Below are positions 1 through 9,780 of a stretch of 32,000 nucleotides of DNA, in pieces. The position numbers and the translations under genes are program-made. A model generated the notes under the pieces. The model did no database searches. It saw only the letters and a program-made list of their open reading frames with translations, and was not told the DNA's origin. How positions within the stretch are numbered: position 1 is the stretch's first letter; the number at the start of each line of letters is the position of its first letter. Source of the DNA: Dysgonomonas sp. 520 (GTDB lineage: Bacteria; Bacteroidota; Bacteroidia; Bacteroidales; Dysgonomonadaceae); the NCBI RefSeq assembly GCF_010501095.1, contig NZ_QVMP01000007.1:1-32000 (forward strand), read 5' to 3'.

Positions 1-138
1 AAATCACAAAGTTATGTAAAAGAACGCTTTAATAAACTATTAAATATAAACTCTAGTAAGGGTTGAGATAAACGGAAAAATAAAGACAAAGAAAATTATT
101 ATATAGAGCTAAATAAGTTTTTCAATTAAAACAATGTG

Positions 139-2964
139 ATGATGCTACCAGAAAACTATCAATTGCTGAAAGATGAACTTTCAAAGAAAATCGATTCGAA
201 ACGAATCGTTACTAACCCGTTGCAACTACTGGCATACGGAACAGATGCAAGTTTTTATCGTTTAATACCTAAACTTGTGGTGCAAGTACACACAGAGGAA
301 GAGGCTGTTGAAGTGATACGGTTGACTGGAAAAATGAACATACCTGTAACCTATCGGGCTGCCGGAACAAGCCTTTCGGGACAAGCGATAAGCGACTCGG
401 TATTGATGGTAGCAACACACAAATGGAAAAAATATACTATTCTGGAAGACGGACTTAAAATTCGCCTGCAACCCGGTATTGTGGGAGCAAGAGCTAATAT
501 ATTCCTTGCACCTTTCGGCAGGAAAATAGGTCCTGATCCGGCCTCGATTAATGCTGCTATGATTGGAGGTATAGCGGCAAACAATGCAAGCGGGATGTGT
601 TGCGGCACTGCTCAAAACTCGTACCAGACCATTGCCGATATTCGTATAGTTTTATATGATGGTACAATATTAGACACATCGGACGACAAAAGTAAAAAGG
701 AATTCATAGAAAAGCACCCCGAGATAATTAAAGATATAGAATCACTGAGGGATGGTATAGAAGCAGATAGAGTATTATACGACAGAATAAAGCGTAAATT
801 CAAAATAAAAAACACCACAGGATACAGCATCAATGCCTTTGTCGATTTCAGCGATCCGTTCGAAATCATCAAACATCTGATGATCGGCTCGGAAGGCACA
901 TTGGCTTTCATCTCCAATATTACCTACAACACTGTTGTTGACGAAAAATATAAAGCATGTGCCTTGTTGATATTCGAAACGATAGAAAAAGCCTGTGAGG
1001 CTGTTCCTTTATTAAAAGAGAGTCCGGTTTCCGCCGTCGAGTTGTTAGACCGTGATTCCATTCGTTCGGTGGAAGATGATCCCGATGCTCCGGAGTATTT
1101 CAAGACTCTACCCGAAACGGCATGTGTTTTACTGGTCGAAATACAGGCTAACGACAAGGAAACAATGTCGACAAAAGAAACAGCCATCAGAAAGGCAATA
1201 GAAACAACTCCTACGATTTTGCCCTACAAATTTACGTCCGACCCGAAAGAATATAATTTCAACTGGAAAGCAAGGAAAGGACTCCTTTCGTCTGTTGGCG
1301 GATTAAGAAAAACCGGAACCACCTGTTTGATAGAAGATGTAGCTTTTCCTGTTTCCCGTTTGGCAGAAGCGTGTGTAGCCTTGAAAGACCTTTTCAAAAG
1401 GCTTGAATATCACGATGCTGTTCTTTTCGGTCATGCTTTGGAGGGAAATTTGCACCTTAATTTTTCTCAGGATTTTTCATCTCCGCAAGAGGTAGAACGT
1501 TATGCCAAACTGATGGATGAACTTGCCGATATTGTGGTGAACAGGTTCGACGGTTCGCTGAAAGCCGAACACGGCACAGGGCGCAACATGGCTCCTTTTG
1601 TGGAAAAAGAATGGGGAGAGGCGGCTTATAGTATAATGTTACGTATAAAGGATATCTTCGATCCGCTGAAACTAATAAATCCGGGAGTTATCATAAATGA
1701 AAATCCGAAAATACACCTCGAAAACCTAAAACCTTTACCTGCTGCACACGAATTGGTGGATAAATGTATGGAATGTGGTTTCTGCGAACCCAATTGTGTG
1801 TCGGAAGGATTAACACTTTCGCCACGCCAGCGTATTGTTATTGCCCGTGAAATTGCCCGTTTGAAGGCATTGGGCGAATCAACCGAAAGATTGGTACAAA
1901 TGCTGCATGACGCAAAATATTTTTCCGACGAGACATGTGCAACTGATGGATTATGCGGACTTGTTTGTCCTGTAAAAATAGACACGGGAAAATATATAAA
2001 GGAAGTGCGCCACATGGAATCATCCGACAGAGCAAAAAAAACGGCGGCGTACATAGGCGATCACATGAAAGACGTAACATCAGTTGGACGTGTCGGACTG
2101 AATTTTGTCGATTTCTTTCACTCTATATTGGGAGACACTTTGATGGGAGGAATAGCCGGCGGTATGAGAACTATCTCGGGAAACAGGATTCCTAAATGGA
2201 ACAAAGATATGCCCAAAGGCTCGCACAAGATAAAACATTCTGTGGTGAATGAGAGTCAAGAAAATAAAGTTGTGTATTTTCCGTCCTGCATCAACCGCAC
2301 GATGGGAAAATCGAAGGGATATGAAAAAGATGAAGTGGAACTAACCCGAAAAACGGAAGAATTATTGACCAGAGCAGGATTTACAATCATCTATCCCGAA
2401 AATCTGGATAAATTGTGTTGCGGTATGGCATTCAGTAGCAAGGGATTGAAAGACGAAGGAAGTAAAAAATCGAAGGAACTGGAAGCCGCCTTGTTCGAGG
2501 CCTCTGATGGTGGGAAATATCCGGTTCTCTTCGATATGAGTCCTTGTTTTTATACTTTTCACGATGCTTGCGCAAACGAAGCCTTGAAGATTTATGATCC
2601 TATCGAGTTTATGCTCGATTTTGTAATGCCAAAGCTGCAAGTGAAGAATCCGAAAAAGATAGTGACAGTATTTCCTGTTTGCTCTGTCAAAAAAATAGGA
2701 ATGGAGCAAAACCTGTACAAACTAGCTCAAATGTGTTCGGAAGAAGTGAAACTTGTGGAAAGCAATTGTTGCGGGTTTGCCGGCGATAGGGGTTTTACTT
2801 ATCCCGAGTTAAACAAACACGGATTAAGGCACTTACAGGAACAAATACCGGCAAATTGCAAAGAAGGCTATTCAACAAGCCGTACGTGTGAGATTGGGAT
2901 GAGCGAGTATAGCAATATCAACTTCAAATCTATTTTCTATTTGATAGATGAAGTAACCAGATAG
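139..2964 (+). CDS. FAD-linked oxidase fused to 4Fe-4S and CCG cysteine-rich domains (Dld-II-type D-lactate dehydrogenase-like oxidoreductase)
   Basis: 942-aa ORF. N-terminal FAD-oxidase-like motifs (RAAGTSLSGQA, GSEGTLAFI, KAEHGTGR). Two ferredoxin-type clusters (CMECGFCEPNC, CATDGLCGLVCP). Two C-terminal CCG motifs (LCCGMAF, NCCGFAGDRG). The track start at 136 is GTG; ATGs at 139 and 142 are equally plausible. Confidence 0.8.
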   Translation: MMLPENYQLLKDELSKKIDSKRIVTNPLQLLAYGTDASFYRLIPKLVVQVHTEEEAVEVIRLTGKMNIPVTYRAAGTSLSGQAISDSVLMVATHKWKKYTILEDGLKIRLQPGIVGARANIFLAPFGRKIGPDPASINAAMIGGIAANNASGMCCGTAQNSYQTIADIRIVLYDGTILDTSDDKSKKEFIEKHPEIIKDIESLRDGIEADRVLYDRIKRKFKIKNTTGYSINAFVDFSDPFEIIKHLMIGSEGTLAFISNITYNTVVDEKYKACALLIFETIEKACEAVPLLKESPVSAVELLDRDSIRSVEDDPDAPEYFKTLPETACVLLVEIQANDKETMSTKETAIRKAIETTPTILPYKFTSDPKEYNFNWKARKGLLSSVGGLRKTGTTCLIEDVAFPVSRLAEACVALKDLFKRLEYHDAVLFGHALEGNLHLNFSQDFSSPQEVERYAKLMDELADIVVNRFDGSLKAEHGTGRNMAPFVEKEWGEAAYSIMLRIKDIFDPLKLINPGVIINENPKIHLENLKPLPAAHELVDKCMECGFCEPNCVSEGLTLSPRQRIVIAREIARLKALGESTERLVQMLHDAKYFSDETCATDGLCGLVCPVKIDTGKYIKEVRHMESSDRAKKTAAYIGDHMKDVTSVGRVGLNFVDFFHSILGDTLMGGIAGGMRTISGNRIPKWNKDMPKGSHKIKHSVVNESQENKVVYFPSCINRTMGKSKGYEKDEVELTRKTEELLTRAGFTIIYPENLDKLCCGMAFSSKGLKDEGSKKSKELEAALFEASDGGKYPVLFDMSPCFYTFHDACANEALKIYDPIEFMLDFVMPKLQVKNPKKIVTVFPVCSVKKIGMEQNLYKLAQMCSEEVKLVESNCCGFAGDRGFTYPELNKHGLRHLQEQIPANCKEGYSTSRTCEIGMSEYSNINFKSIFYLIDEVTR

Positions 2965-2975
2965 AAAAAACTTGA

Positions 2976-3013
2976 GAAATGAGGTTATTTTTTGCGAAAA
3001 AAAACCTCATTTC
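2976..3013. terminator. Shared hairpin between convergent genes (likely bidirectional terminator)
   Basis: 11-bp perfect stem gaaatgaggtt (2976-2986) / aacctcatttc (3003-3013). The loop is itself self-complementary (tttttt..aaaaaa). T-rich on both sides. Lies between the stop at 2964 (+) and the stop at 3019 (-). Confidence 0.55.
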
Positions 3014-3018
3014 TTATT

Positions 3019-4278
3019 TCATACAAATTGTTTTTTGGGAACAACAGTCACCAATTTGAACAGCTTATCGGACGGGCGTATTTTGTCTGTCAGTTTAATT
3101 GAAAATTTTTCACCCTTAACAGTCTCTTGCACAGGTTTGAGATCTACACGAATCTCTTCCACTGTCTGAGTTATAGCTCCGGTTGTAGGACCGGTAATCA
3201 ATATTTCATCACCTACTTTCAGGGTTTGTGTCTCCATCAGGAATTCTCCGACCCCAAGATTTGAAAAATATTTGATGCCTTTCCCTATATATACTTTCTT
3301 CTTAGTAGATTCCGACCCGTAATTCATAGACCACTCGCCCAATCTTTGTCCAAGATAATAACCATCCCAAAATCCACGGTTGAAGACAGTTGCCAAACGG
3401 GAATCCCAGTCCTTTATCTTATCTTCGGAGAATGAACCGCCGCAATATGCTTTCACAGCTTCTTTATAACATTCAACAACTGTGCGCACATATTCAGCTC
3501 CACGGGCACGTCCCTCTATTTTGAAAACCCGTACTCCGGCATCCATCATTTTATTCATGAAATGGATTGTTTTCAAATCTTTAGGAGACATAATGTATTC
3601 ATTATCAATCTCTAATTCTATTTCACTGTCTTTGTCCTTAACAATATATCCACGACGGCAAATCTGGTTGCATGCCCCTCTGTTTGCCGACAAATGTTTT
3701 TCGTGAAGACTCAGATAGCATTTTCCTGAAACAGCCATACACAATGCTCCATGAGAAAACATTTCTATGCGGATCAGTTCTCCATTTGGTCCTTTAATTT
3801 GCTGGTTTTCTATATCTTGGTATATACTATGAACCTGCTCAAGGTTCAACTCACGAGCCAATACAACAACATCAGCAAACTGACCATAAAATTTCAAAGC
3901 CTCTGTGTTGGTAATATTCAGTTGAGTTGATAAATGTACTTCAACATCTATGCTGCGAGCATACATCATGACTGACACATCCGAAGCGATAATTGCCGAT
4001 ATATTAGCCTCTTTAGCCGCATCCACAATTTTGCGCATCAATTCTATGTCATTGTCATAAATGATTGTATTTACAGTCAGGTAGCTTTTAATGCCGTTTT
4101 CCTTACATATTCCGGCTATATTTTTGAGGTCGTCTGTTGTAAAATTATTTGCCGACTTGGCACGCATATTCAACCCTTCTATACCAAAATAGATTGAATC
4201 TGCTCCTCCTTGTATAGCTGCCGCCAACGATTCGTACGAACCCACGGGAGCCATTATTTCAAAGTCTTTTATATTCAT
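3019..4278 (-). CDS. Peptidase U32 family protein (collagenase-like PrtC type)
   Basis: Contains the U32 signature E-x-F-x2-G-[SA]-[LIVM]-C-x4-G-x-C-x-[LIVM]-S as EMFSHGALCMAVSGKCYLS. N-terminus FEIMAPVGS is typical of the family. The track start at 4296 is a TTG; the first ATG (MNIKDFEIMAP) is at 4278. Confidence 0.85.
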   Translation of the reverse strand: MNIKDFEIMAPVGSYESLAAAIQGGADSIYFGIEGLNMRAKSANNFTTDDLKNIAGICKENGIKSYLTVNTIIYDNDIELMRKIVDAAKEANISAIIASDVSVMMYARSIDVEVHLSTQLNITNTEALKFYGQFADVVVLARELNLEQVHSIYQDIENQQIKGPNGELIRIEMFSHGALCMAVSGKCYLSLHEKHLSANRGACNQICRRGYIVKDKDSEIELEIDNEYIMSPKDLKTIHFMNKMMDAGVRVFKIEGRARGAEYVRTVVECYKEAVKAYCGGSFSEDKIKDWDSRLATVFNRGFWDGYYLGQRLGEWSMNYGSESTKKKVYIGKGIKYFSNLGVGEFLMETQTLKVGDEILITGPTTGAITQTVEEIRVDLKPVQETVKGEKFSIKLTDKIRPSDKLFKLVTVVPKKQFV

Positions 4279-4339
4279 TTCAATATAAGATGTCAATAGA
4301 ATCTAGAGTCTGTTTATTTTTTTTGAGAGTACAAAGATA

Positions 4340-4374
4340 AAAGAAAATGAGCCGCAAGAAAAACCTACGGCTCA
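4340..4374 (-). terminator. Rho-independent terminator after phnA
   Basis: 7-bp GC-rich stem tgagccg (4348-4354) / cggctca (4368-4374). On the minus strand it is followed by a U-rich run (complement of aaagaaaa, 4340-4347). Confidence 0.55.
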
Positions 4375-4402
4375 ATATAATTACCTTTTAGTTAAAGCTA
4401 AT

Positions 4403-4735
4403 TTATCCTTTCTTTAAAAAGCATGTTTTAAGAACAATGCTCGATCCGTCAATTTTGCAATCAACTTCTTCCGGATTGTCTGTCAATCTGATGCTTTTCA
4501 CTTTTGTTCCTCTTTTTATAACCATCGACGAACCTTTCACTTTCAGGTCCTTAATAACCGTAACTGCGTCGCCATCCATAAGTTCTGAGCCGTTGCTATC
4601 TCTTGGCGTGTCGTCTGTTTCTGTTTCGTTGCCATCATTTGTCCATTCGTAGCTACAGTCGGGACAAACAAATAAAACCCCATCAAAGTAGGTGTTTTCC
4701 ATACTGCATTTCGGACAACTTGGTGCTTCTGCCAT
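4403..4735 (-). CDS. phnA: PhnA/YjdM zinc-ribbon protein
   Basis: 110 aa. N-terminal CPKC...CPDC zinc ribbon, then the conserved C-terminal beta domain (GDAVTVIKDLKVKGSS..IKRGTKVK..IRL). No other phn genes nearby. Confidence 0.85.
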   Translation of the reverse strand: MAEAPSCPKCSMENTYFDGVLFVCPDCSYEWTNDGNETETDDTPRDSNGSELMDGDAVTVIKDLKVKGSSMVIKRGTKVKSIRLTDNPEEVDCKIDGSSIVLKTCFLKKG

Positions 4736-4856
4736 TCTTCTGTATTTTTTATTAAAGTTTATAAATCAAGGCAACAAAGGTAGGCTTTATATGTTTCAGT
4801 TGCAAATGGATGATTGCAGGAAATAGGTTTCATCTATAATGTACTTAAAATATCTA

Positions 4857-4888
4857 TTTGATTTATATCTATCGAGTCCATACCTTTG
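4857..4888 (+). promoter_or_regulatory. Bacteroidota-type promoter (-33 TTTG / -7 TAccTTTG) for the peroxiredoxin gene
   Basis: TTTG at 4857-4860 and TACCTTTG at 4881-4888, 20 nt apart. About 40 nt upstream of the ATG at 4929. Confidence 0.5.
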
Positions 4889-4928
4889 TGAAAATTATTT
4901 ATCAAAACAAAAACAAAAACTTATAATT

Positions 4929-5564
4929 ATGTCAGTATTAGTAGGAAAAAAAGCTCCTGTATTCAAAACTAACGCAGTGATAAATGGAAATGAGATTGTA
5001 GAAAATTTTTCGTTGAAACAATATCTCGGAAAAAAGTATGTGGTATTTTTCTTCTATCCTGCCGATTTCACGTTCGTATGCCCAACTGAATTGATCGCAT
5101 TTCAAGAGCAAATTTCAGAATTTGAAAAACGTGATGTTGCCGTTGTTGGTGCTTCAACAGATTCTGCTTTCTCGCACTGGAAATGGTTGCAAACAGAACA
5201 AAATGATGGTGGAATAAAAGGCGTTAAATATCCGATCGTTGCCGACCAAACGCTCATGATATCTAAAAACTACGATGTCTTAGCAGGGGATTTCGATTAT
5301 GACGACGAGGGTAATGATATTTTCGAGGGTGCACCTCAGGCCTATCGAGGACTTTTCTTGATTGACAAGGAAGGTGTTGTTCGTCATCAAGTGGTAAATG
5401 ACATGCCGCTCGGACGTAGCATTGAAGAAGCATTGCGAGTGGTTGATGCCCTACAATTCACAGAAGAATACGGGGAGGTTTGCCCTGCTAACTGGAAAAA
5501 AGGTAAAGGAGGATTGAAAGCAACACAAGAAGGTATTGCCGATTATCTTTCTAAAAATCATTGA
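4929..5564 (+). CDS. Typical 2-Cys peroxiredoxin (AhpC/TsaA type)
   Basis: Peroxidatic-Cys motif FTFVCPTE and resolving-Cys motif GEVCPANW. Start set at the internal ATG (MSVLVGKKAPVF), which matches the family N-terminus and lies downstream of the promoter boxes. The 30-codon upstream extension in the track is rejected. Confidence 0.9.
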   Translation: MSVLVGKKAPVFKTNAVINGNEIVENFSLKQYLGKKYVVFFFYPADFTFVCPTELIAFQEQISEFEKRDVAVVGASTDSAFSHWKWLQTEQNDGGIKGVKYPIVADQTLMISKNYDVLAGDFDYDDEGNDIFEGAPQAYRGLFLIDKEGVVRHQVVNDMPLGRSIEEALRVVDALQFTEEYGEVCPANWKKGKGGLKATQEGIADYLSKNH

Positions 5565-5586
5565 TTTAATTTTATATTCTGATTAA

Positions 5587-5621
5587 GAAAAGTATCAAGT
5601 CAATGATACTTTTCTTTTTTT
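5587..5621 (+). terminator. Rho-independent terminator after the peroxiredoxin gene
   Basis: 12-bp perfect stem agaaaagtatca (5587-5598) / tgatacttttct (5604-5615), followed by a T-run. Confidence 0.7.
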
Positions 5622-5622
5622 G

Positions 5623-5630
5623 TATATTTG
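5623..5630 (+). promoter_or_regulatory. -7 box TATATTTG immediately upstream of the yccF-like start
   Basis: Exact TAnnTTTG match 5 nt before the ATG at 5635. Confidence 0.35.
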
Positions 5631-5634
5631 CCGT

Positions 5635-6009
5635 ATGAAAACTGTTGGAAATGTGATATGGCTCGTATTTGGAGGGTGGATGATTGCCCTTGAATATTTT
5701 ATGGCCAGCTTGGTTTTGATGGCTACCATTGTCGGAATACCCTTTGGTTTGCAGAACATAAAGTTGGGGGTTCTTGCCCTATGGCCTTTTGGATGCAGAG
5801 TGGTGACAGCAGAAGATACCTCCGGATGCCTGAATGTAGCCTTGAACGTGATCTGGATAATTATAGGTGGCATTTGGATAGCTCTCACCCATATTGCTTG
5901 GGGCATATTATTATGTATTACCGTTTTCGGAATACCTTTCGGATTACAGCACTTCAAATTTATCAAACTGGCATTATTTCCTTTCGGAAAAGTGGTTGAA
6001 GAGGCATAA
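5635..6009 (+). CDS. YccF-family inner membrane protein
   Basis: Two repeats of the YccF motif (GIPFGLQNIKLGVLALWPFG and GIPFGLQHFKFIKLALFPFG). N-terminus MKTVGNVIWLVFGG resembles E. coli YccF. Start moved to the ATG at 5635. Confidence 0.8.
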   Translation: MKTVGNVIWLVFGGWMIALEYFMASLVLMATIVGIPFGLQNIKLGVLALWPFGCRVVTAEDTSGCLNVALNVIWIIIGGIWIALTHIAWGILLCITVFGIPFGLQHFKFIKLALFPFGKVVEEA

Positions 6010-6036
6010 AAAAGGTGATTTTAATAAACCACCTTT
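6009..6036. terminator. Hairpin between convergent genes
   Basis: Stem aaaaggtg (6009-6016) / cacctttt (6029-6036), followed by ttctgtt. Confidence 0.45.
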
Positions 6037-6060
6037 TCTGTTATCAATATTTTTGCAAAT

Positions 6061-6852
6061 TTATTTTTGAGAGAAAACTAATTTTTTTACATCATATTTG
6101 TAGTCGCCGGAACTAAATTGCACCATAACTACCTGACTCATTTTCAACGGAGTTTTTGTAGTGATTGAGCCTGCTATCGGGGTATTTGTCGGGAAATTGA
6201 CAGCATTTCTTAATGTTATAGGAGCTTTGTGAGCATTGCCCTCATTGTCTATTATTGTAGCTTCGTTGTATGAATAGAAACTTACTTCCTGATCTTTGTT
6301 AGCTTTGTTTTCCACCACAAAATTGATTTTAAGAGCAGTAGCCGATTCCTCCGCCTTTGTCCATTTCAAATACACATCTTTATAAATTTCCATTACACTT
6401 GCGCTAGCCAGATTCGGATCAGCCTTTAGTGGCACAGCTATGTTTTTCATTACAATCTGCATTCTTTGCTGTGTTGTATGGTTAAAGAACTTAATAATCA
6501 GGGCTGTAATAGGATTCATGTTTTTATTGTCTGTTTTAATTGCCAGATCAAAACTATAAGGTATATCAGGAAGCAAAGTATTATCCCAGCTCGACAAATA
6601 AGCAGATTTTCCTGCCCACCACAAAGCCTTACAGGGTTGAGCATCACCATCCTGAGTTACGGCCGAGGCCTCAATACCCATCAAACGAACGCCCGAACTG
6701 GTTGTTAATTTCCCTGAGACTAATAAATAATCTCCAATCACTCTGGTCGATTCAATTTTTATTGTCAAAGGATCAACAGTAATCTGTGTCTGACTTGATG
6801 CGCCGAAAATCAATGCTACACTGATAAAAACGGCAAGAAGAAGTTTTTTCAT
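6061..6852 (-). CDS. Hypothetical secreted protein (beta-rich, two-domain appearance)
   Basis: 263-aa ORF with a clear signal peptide (MKKLLLAVFISVALIFGASSQ). No recognisable catalytic motifs. Confidence 0.6.
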   Translation of the reverse strand: MKKLLLAVFISVALIFGASSQTQITVDPLTIKIESTRVIGDYLLVSGKLTTSSGVRLMGIEASAVTQDGDAQPCKALWWAGKSAYLSSWDNTLLPDIPYSFDLAIKTDNKNMNPITALIIKFFNHTTQQRMQIVMKNIAVPLKADPNLASASVMEIYKDVYLKWTKAEESATALKINFVVENKANKDQEVSFYSYNEATIIDNEGNAHKAPITLRNAVNFPTNTPIAGSITTKTPLKMSQVVMVQFSSGDYKYDVKKLVFSQK

Positions 6853-6906
6853 AGTTGGTATTATTTTTCGTTAAAAAGGATTACTACTTTGATTTTAAGG
6901 CATTTT

Positions 6907-6914
6907 CAAAGATA
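6907..6914 (-). promoter_or_regulatory. -7 box (TATCTTTG on the minus strand) for the 263-aa gene
   Basis: CAAAGATA on the + strand, about 50 nt upstream of the start at 6852. Confidence 0.4.
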
Positions 6915-6950
6915 AGGAAAATTTCAATCCTATATTCAAAATAAAAGCAC

Positions 6951-6958
6951 TATTTTTG
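6951..6958 (+). promoter_or_regulatory. -7 box TATTTTTG for the 6985-11103 gene string
   Basis: Exact TAnnTTTG match about 27 nt upstream of the ATG at 6985. Confidence 0.45.
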
Positions 6959-6984
6959 TACCTTAATTTTGAGGTCGTAACTAA

Positions 6985-7494
6985 ATGAAGATTCTTAAGG
7001 TAATATCAATAATATTCATTCTAACTATCCCCGCAACATGCTCTGCACAACTCTTCGGGTTGGCCGGGCAATATGCCGATGGAGCGAAAGGGCAATTTGT
7101 GGCTAGTTTTGCCATTCCCACCATTCATCCAAAAAATCCGCTGAATTCATATATTTCGAGTGGATTGGAGTATACCACCTCGGGAGGGGCGAAAATGAGC
7201 GGATTGAATGTTAAGCCAATCCAGATATCAACCTTTTTCACGGAGGATTTTTTTAATAAAACACCATACACGCTTCTGCTGAATCTGGACGGTGGCTATT
7301 TGTTCGATTTCAGAAGCGATCATAAAAATGGAGTTGTTATCACCCCCAACATATATCTGAACTATAAATTCTTTTACGTGAAAACGGGTGTGGATTTTGA
7401 TGTTACCAACGGTGATAATCAGTTCTTTGTGCGGGCAGGTGTTTGTCTAGGTTCGGGTTTGTTGAAGTCTTTTGTTAAAACTAAAATCTGGTAA
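6985..7494 (+). CDS. Small secreted protein, possibly an outer-membrane beta-barrel (paralog 1)
   Basis: Signal peptide ending CSAQ. Alternating beta-strand-like pattern. Homologous along its whole length to the next ORF. Confidence 0.6.
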   Translation: MKILKVISIIFILTIPATCSAQLFGLAGQYADGAKGQFVASFAIPTIHPKNPLNSYISSGLEYTTSGGAKMSGLNVKPIQISTFFTEDFFNKTPYTLLLNLDGGYLFDFRSDHKNGVVITPNIYLNYKFFYVKTGVDFDVTNGDNQFFVRAGVCLGSGLLKSFVKTKIW

Positions 7495-7510
7495 TTTTAC
7501 TGTCTCAACA

Positions 7511-8047
7511 ATGAAGACTGCCGTTACAATCCTGCTATTTTTGATTCCGTTTCCTGTATTTGCACAATATGTAGGTTTGGGCTATCAAGTTGCTGATTTA
7601 GAGAAACATCAATTTGTGGCAACACTTACTCTGCCGTGGCTGATGCCGAGAAACAATTTCAATCCATCCATTGCAACAGGTATTGAATACTCGACCGGAG
7701 CGGCAAAAATTTCGGGACTGAACATTAAGGCTCTTTCAGCATCGCTTCCGTTCTTGATAAGGAAAAACAATAATTGGTTGAATATTGACCCCGGAGTTGA
7801 TGCCGGTTATATGTTTGGTCTGGGACATTCAAAAAATGGGGTAGTGGTAAGTCCCAATTTACATTTAAGTTTCAATCTGGCATTTCATCTGAAAGCCGGT
7901 TACGATTATAACATAACAGAAAAAAACGGACAATTTTTTATCCGTTTGGCATTCGGTCTTGGCTCCGGATTGCTGATACATTTAAATACACCACCTCCTT
8001 ATCGGAGACATCTTTTAGAAGAAAATAACACAACAACATCTCAGTAA
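7511..8047 (+). CDS. Small secreted protein, possibly an outer-membrane beta-barrel (paralog 2)
   Basis: Start set at [19 protein letters not shown] (signal peptide). Shared blocks with paralog 1: QFVA, GxEYxTxxAKxSGLNxK, KNGVVxxPN, QFFxR, GLGSGLL. Its stop overlaps the mnmA ATG (TAATG). Confidence 0.6.
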   Translation: MKTAVTILLFLIPFPVFAQYVGLGYQVADLEKHQFVATLTLPWLMPRNNFNPSIATGIEYSTGAAKISGLNIKALSASLPFLIRKNNNWLNIDPGVDAGYMFGLGHSKNGVVVSPNLHLSFNLAFHLKAGYDYNITEKNGQFFIRLAFGLGSGLLIHLNTPPPYRRHLLEENNTTTSQ

Positions 8048-9126
8048 TGAAAATAGCAGCACTGGTTTCGGGCGGAGTCGATAGCTCGGTCGTAGTTCAT
8101 CAACTGAAAGAACAAGGGTACGACCCAACTATTTTTTATATTCGCATAGGCATGGAAGATAAAGACGGATACATCGACTGTCCGTCGGAAGAAGATATAG
8201 AGATAACCACCTATATAGCAAAAAAATATGGGTGCAAAATGGAAATTGTGTCACTACACGAAGAGTATTGGGAGAATGTGGTAAATTATACCATTGAAGC
8301 CGTAAAGCGAGGACAAACGCCAAATCCCGACATGATGTGCAACAAGATGATCAAATTTGGCTGTTTTGAGCAAAAATGGGGGCACGAGTTTGATAAAATT
8401 GCTACCGGACACTATGCTACAACAACCGAAATAGATGGAAAAACATGGCTCTCGACAGCAAAAGACCATGTGAAAGACCAAACTTATTTTCTTGGGCAAA
8501 TAAGCCAGATGCAAGTTTCTAAACTGATGTTTCCTATTGGCAATCTGCTGAAAAGCGAAGTACGTGCCATAGCCTCGCAGCAAAATATGCCGTCGGCTCA
8601 ACGCAAAGACAGTCAGGGTATTTGTTTTCTGGGAAAAATAAATTACAATGACTTCATAGGCAGATATCTGGGCGAGCAAGAAGGGAAAATTATAGAATTG
8701 GAAACAGGCAAAGTTGTAGGCAAACATAAAGGATATTGGTTTCATACAATTGGTCAACGCAAAGGTTTAGGCCTGAGTGGTGGCCCCTGGTTTGTTATAA
8801 AGAAAGATATAAAAAGAAATATCATCTATGTATCAAATGGTTACGACCCTGAAACTCAATATGGCAAAACGGTTAATCTGGGAGGATTCTCGTTTATTAC
8901 GGAAGATATCTGGGGCGATTTTGGCGGGACGAAAGACATAACTTTTAAAATTCGCCATACTCCGGACTTTACTAAAGGAACCATCGAAAAGATTGGAGAC
9001 ATTTATCGTATTCAATCGGAAGAAAAGATACAGGGAATCGCAGCCGGACAGTTCGGTGTTGTTTACGATGAAGCATCAAAACTCTGCATTGGTAGCGGAG
9101 TTATAGCCGATGACTCGGAAATCTAA
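8047..9126 (+). CDS. mnmA: tRNA 2-thiouridine(34) synthase MnmA
   Basis: PP-loop SGGVDSS at the N-terminus, catalytic-Cys context (DSQGICFLG), length 359 aa. Confidence 0.9.
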   Translation: MKIAALVSGGVDSSVVVHQLKEQGYDPTIFYIRIGMEDKDGYIDCPSEEDIEITTYIAKKYGCKMEIVSLHEEYWENVVNYTIEAVKRGQTPNPDMMCNKMIKFGCFEQKWGHEFDKIATGHYATTTEIDGKTWLSTAKDHVKDQTYFLGQISQMQVSKLMFPIGNLLKSEVRAIASQQNMPSAQRKDSQGICFLGKINYNDFIGRYLGEQEGKIIELETGKVVGKHKGYWFHTIGQRKGLGLSGGPWFVIKKDIKRNIIYVSNGYDPETQYGKTVNLGGFSFITEDIWGDFGGTKDITFKIRHTPDFTKGTIEKIGDIYRIQSEEKIQGIAAGQFGVVYDEASKLCIGSGVIADDSEI

Positions 9127-9138
9127 ATAGAACTTGTT

Positions 9139-9768
9139 ATGTTTGAGTTTTGGAAAGACATTGAACTTGTCGATATAATCGAGTTTTGCGGTACATTTGC
9201 TTTTGCCATAAGTGGAATCCGATTGGCATCAGCAAAAAAGTTCGATTGGTTTGGTGCTCTTGTCGTTGGATTTGTAACTGCCACGGGAGGTGGAACATTG
9301 CGTGACCTGCTGCTGGGAGTGACGCCATTTTGGATGGAATCGAGCGTTTACATGATTTGTACTGTGTTTGCATTGGGATTTGTCATCTGTTTTAAAAAAT
9401 ATCTTGTACACCTCAATAATACTTTCTTTTGGTTCGATAGCATTGGCTTGGGATTGTTTGTCGTTGTGGGTGTTGAAAAAGCCATAGCCTTAGACTATGC
9501 TCCTTGGGTAGTGGTGGCTATGGGAACTATAACCGGAATAGTAGGCGGTATAATAAGAGATATATTGATTAACGAAATACCATTGGTTTTCACGCAGGAA
9601 TTGTATGCCGTGGCATGTATAATTGGAGGGTGTTTGTTCTGCATATTGAATTATTTTAATGTAACTTTGAATGTTAATGAAATAATAACCGCAGTTACAG
9701 TATTTTTTATCCGCATAATTGCAACTAAATTCAGTATAAAGCTACCCACATTGAAAGATGAAGTGTAG
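9139..9768 (+). CDS. TRIC-family (UPF0126, YadS/YicG-like) membrane channel protein
   Basis: 209 aa, seven hydrophobic segments, duplicated glycine-rich motifs (TATGGGTLRD and GIVGGIIRD) typical of UPF0126 repeats. Confidence 0.75.
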   Translation: MFEFWKDIELVDIIEFCGTFAFAISGIRLASAKKFDWFGALVVGFVTATGGGTLRDLLLGVTPFWMESSVYMICTVFALGFVICFKKYLVHLNNTFFWFDSIGLGLFVVVGVEKAIALDYAPWVVVAMGTITGIVGGIIRDILINEIPLVFTQELYAVACIIGGCLFCILNYFNVTLNVNEIITAVTVFFIRIIATKFSIKLPTLKDEV

Positions 9769-9780
9769 AAGAAAAGGCTC

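Noticed and set aside
4839-4928. 30-codon N-terminal extension of the peroxiredoxin ORF
   Set aside because: The extension overlaps the predicted -33/-7 promoter, and the family N-terminus starts at MSVLVGKKAP.
7472-7510. Upstream extension of paralog 2 that overlaps the end of paralog 1
   Set aside because: The signal peptide begins at the internal MKTAV (7511). The extension has no signal-peptide character.
8254-8757. 167-aa ORF antisense to mnmA. Similar antisense ORFs lie inside ileS (15334-18618), mutB (24087-25856), mutA (26582-27187), lspA (14136-14537) and other genes.
   Set aside because: All lie fully within strongly supported genes on the opposite strand. They have no recognisable motifs or promoter boxes, and their composition reflects the sense-strand codons.
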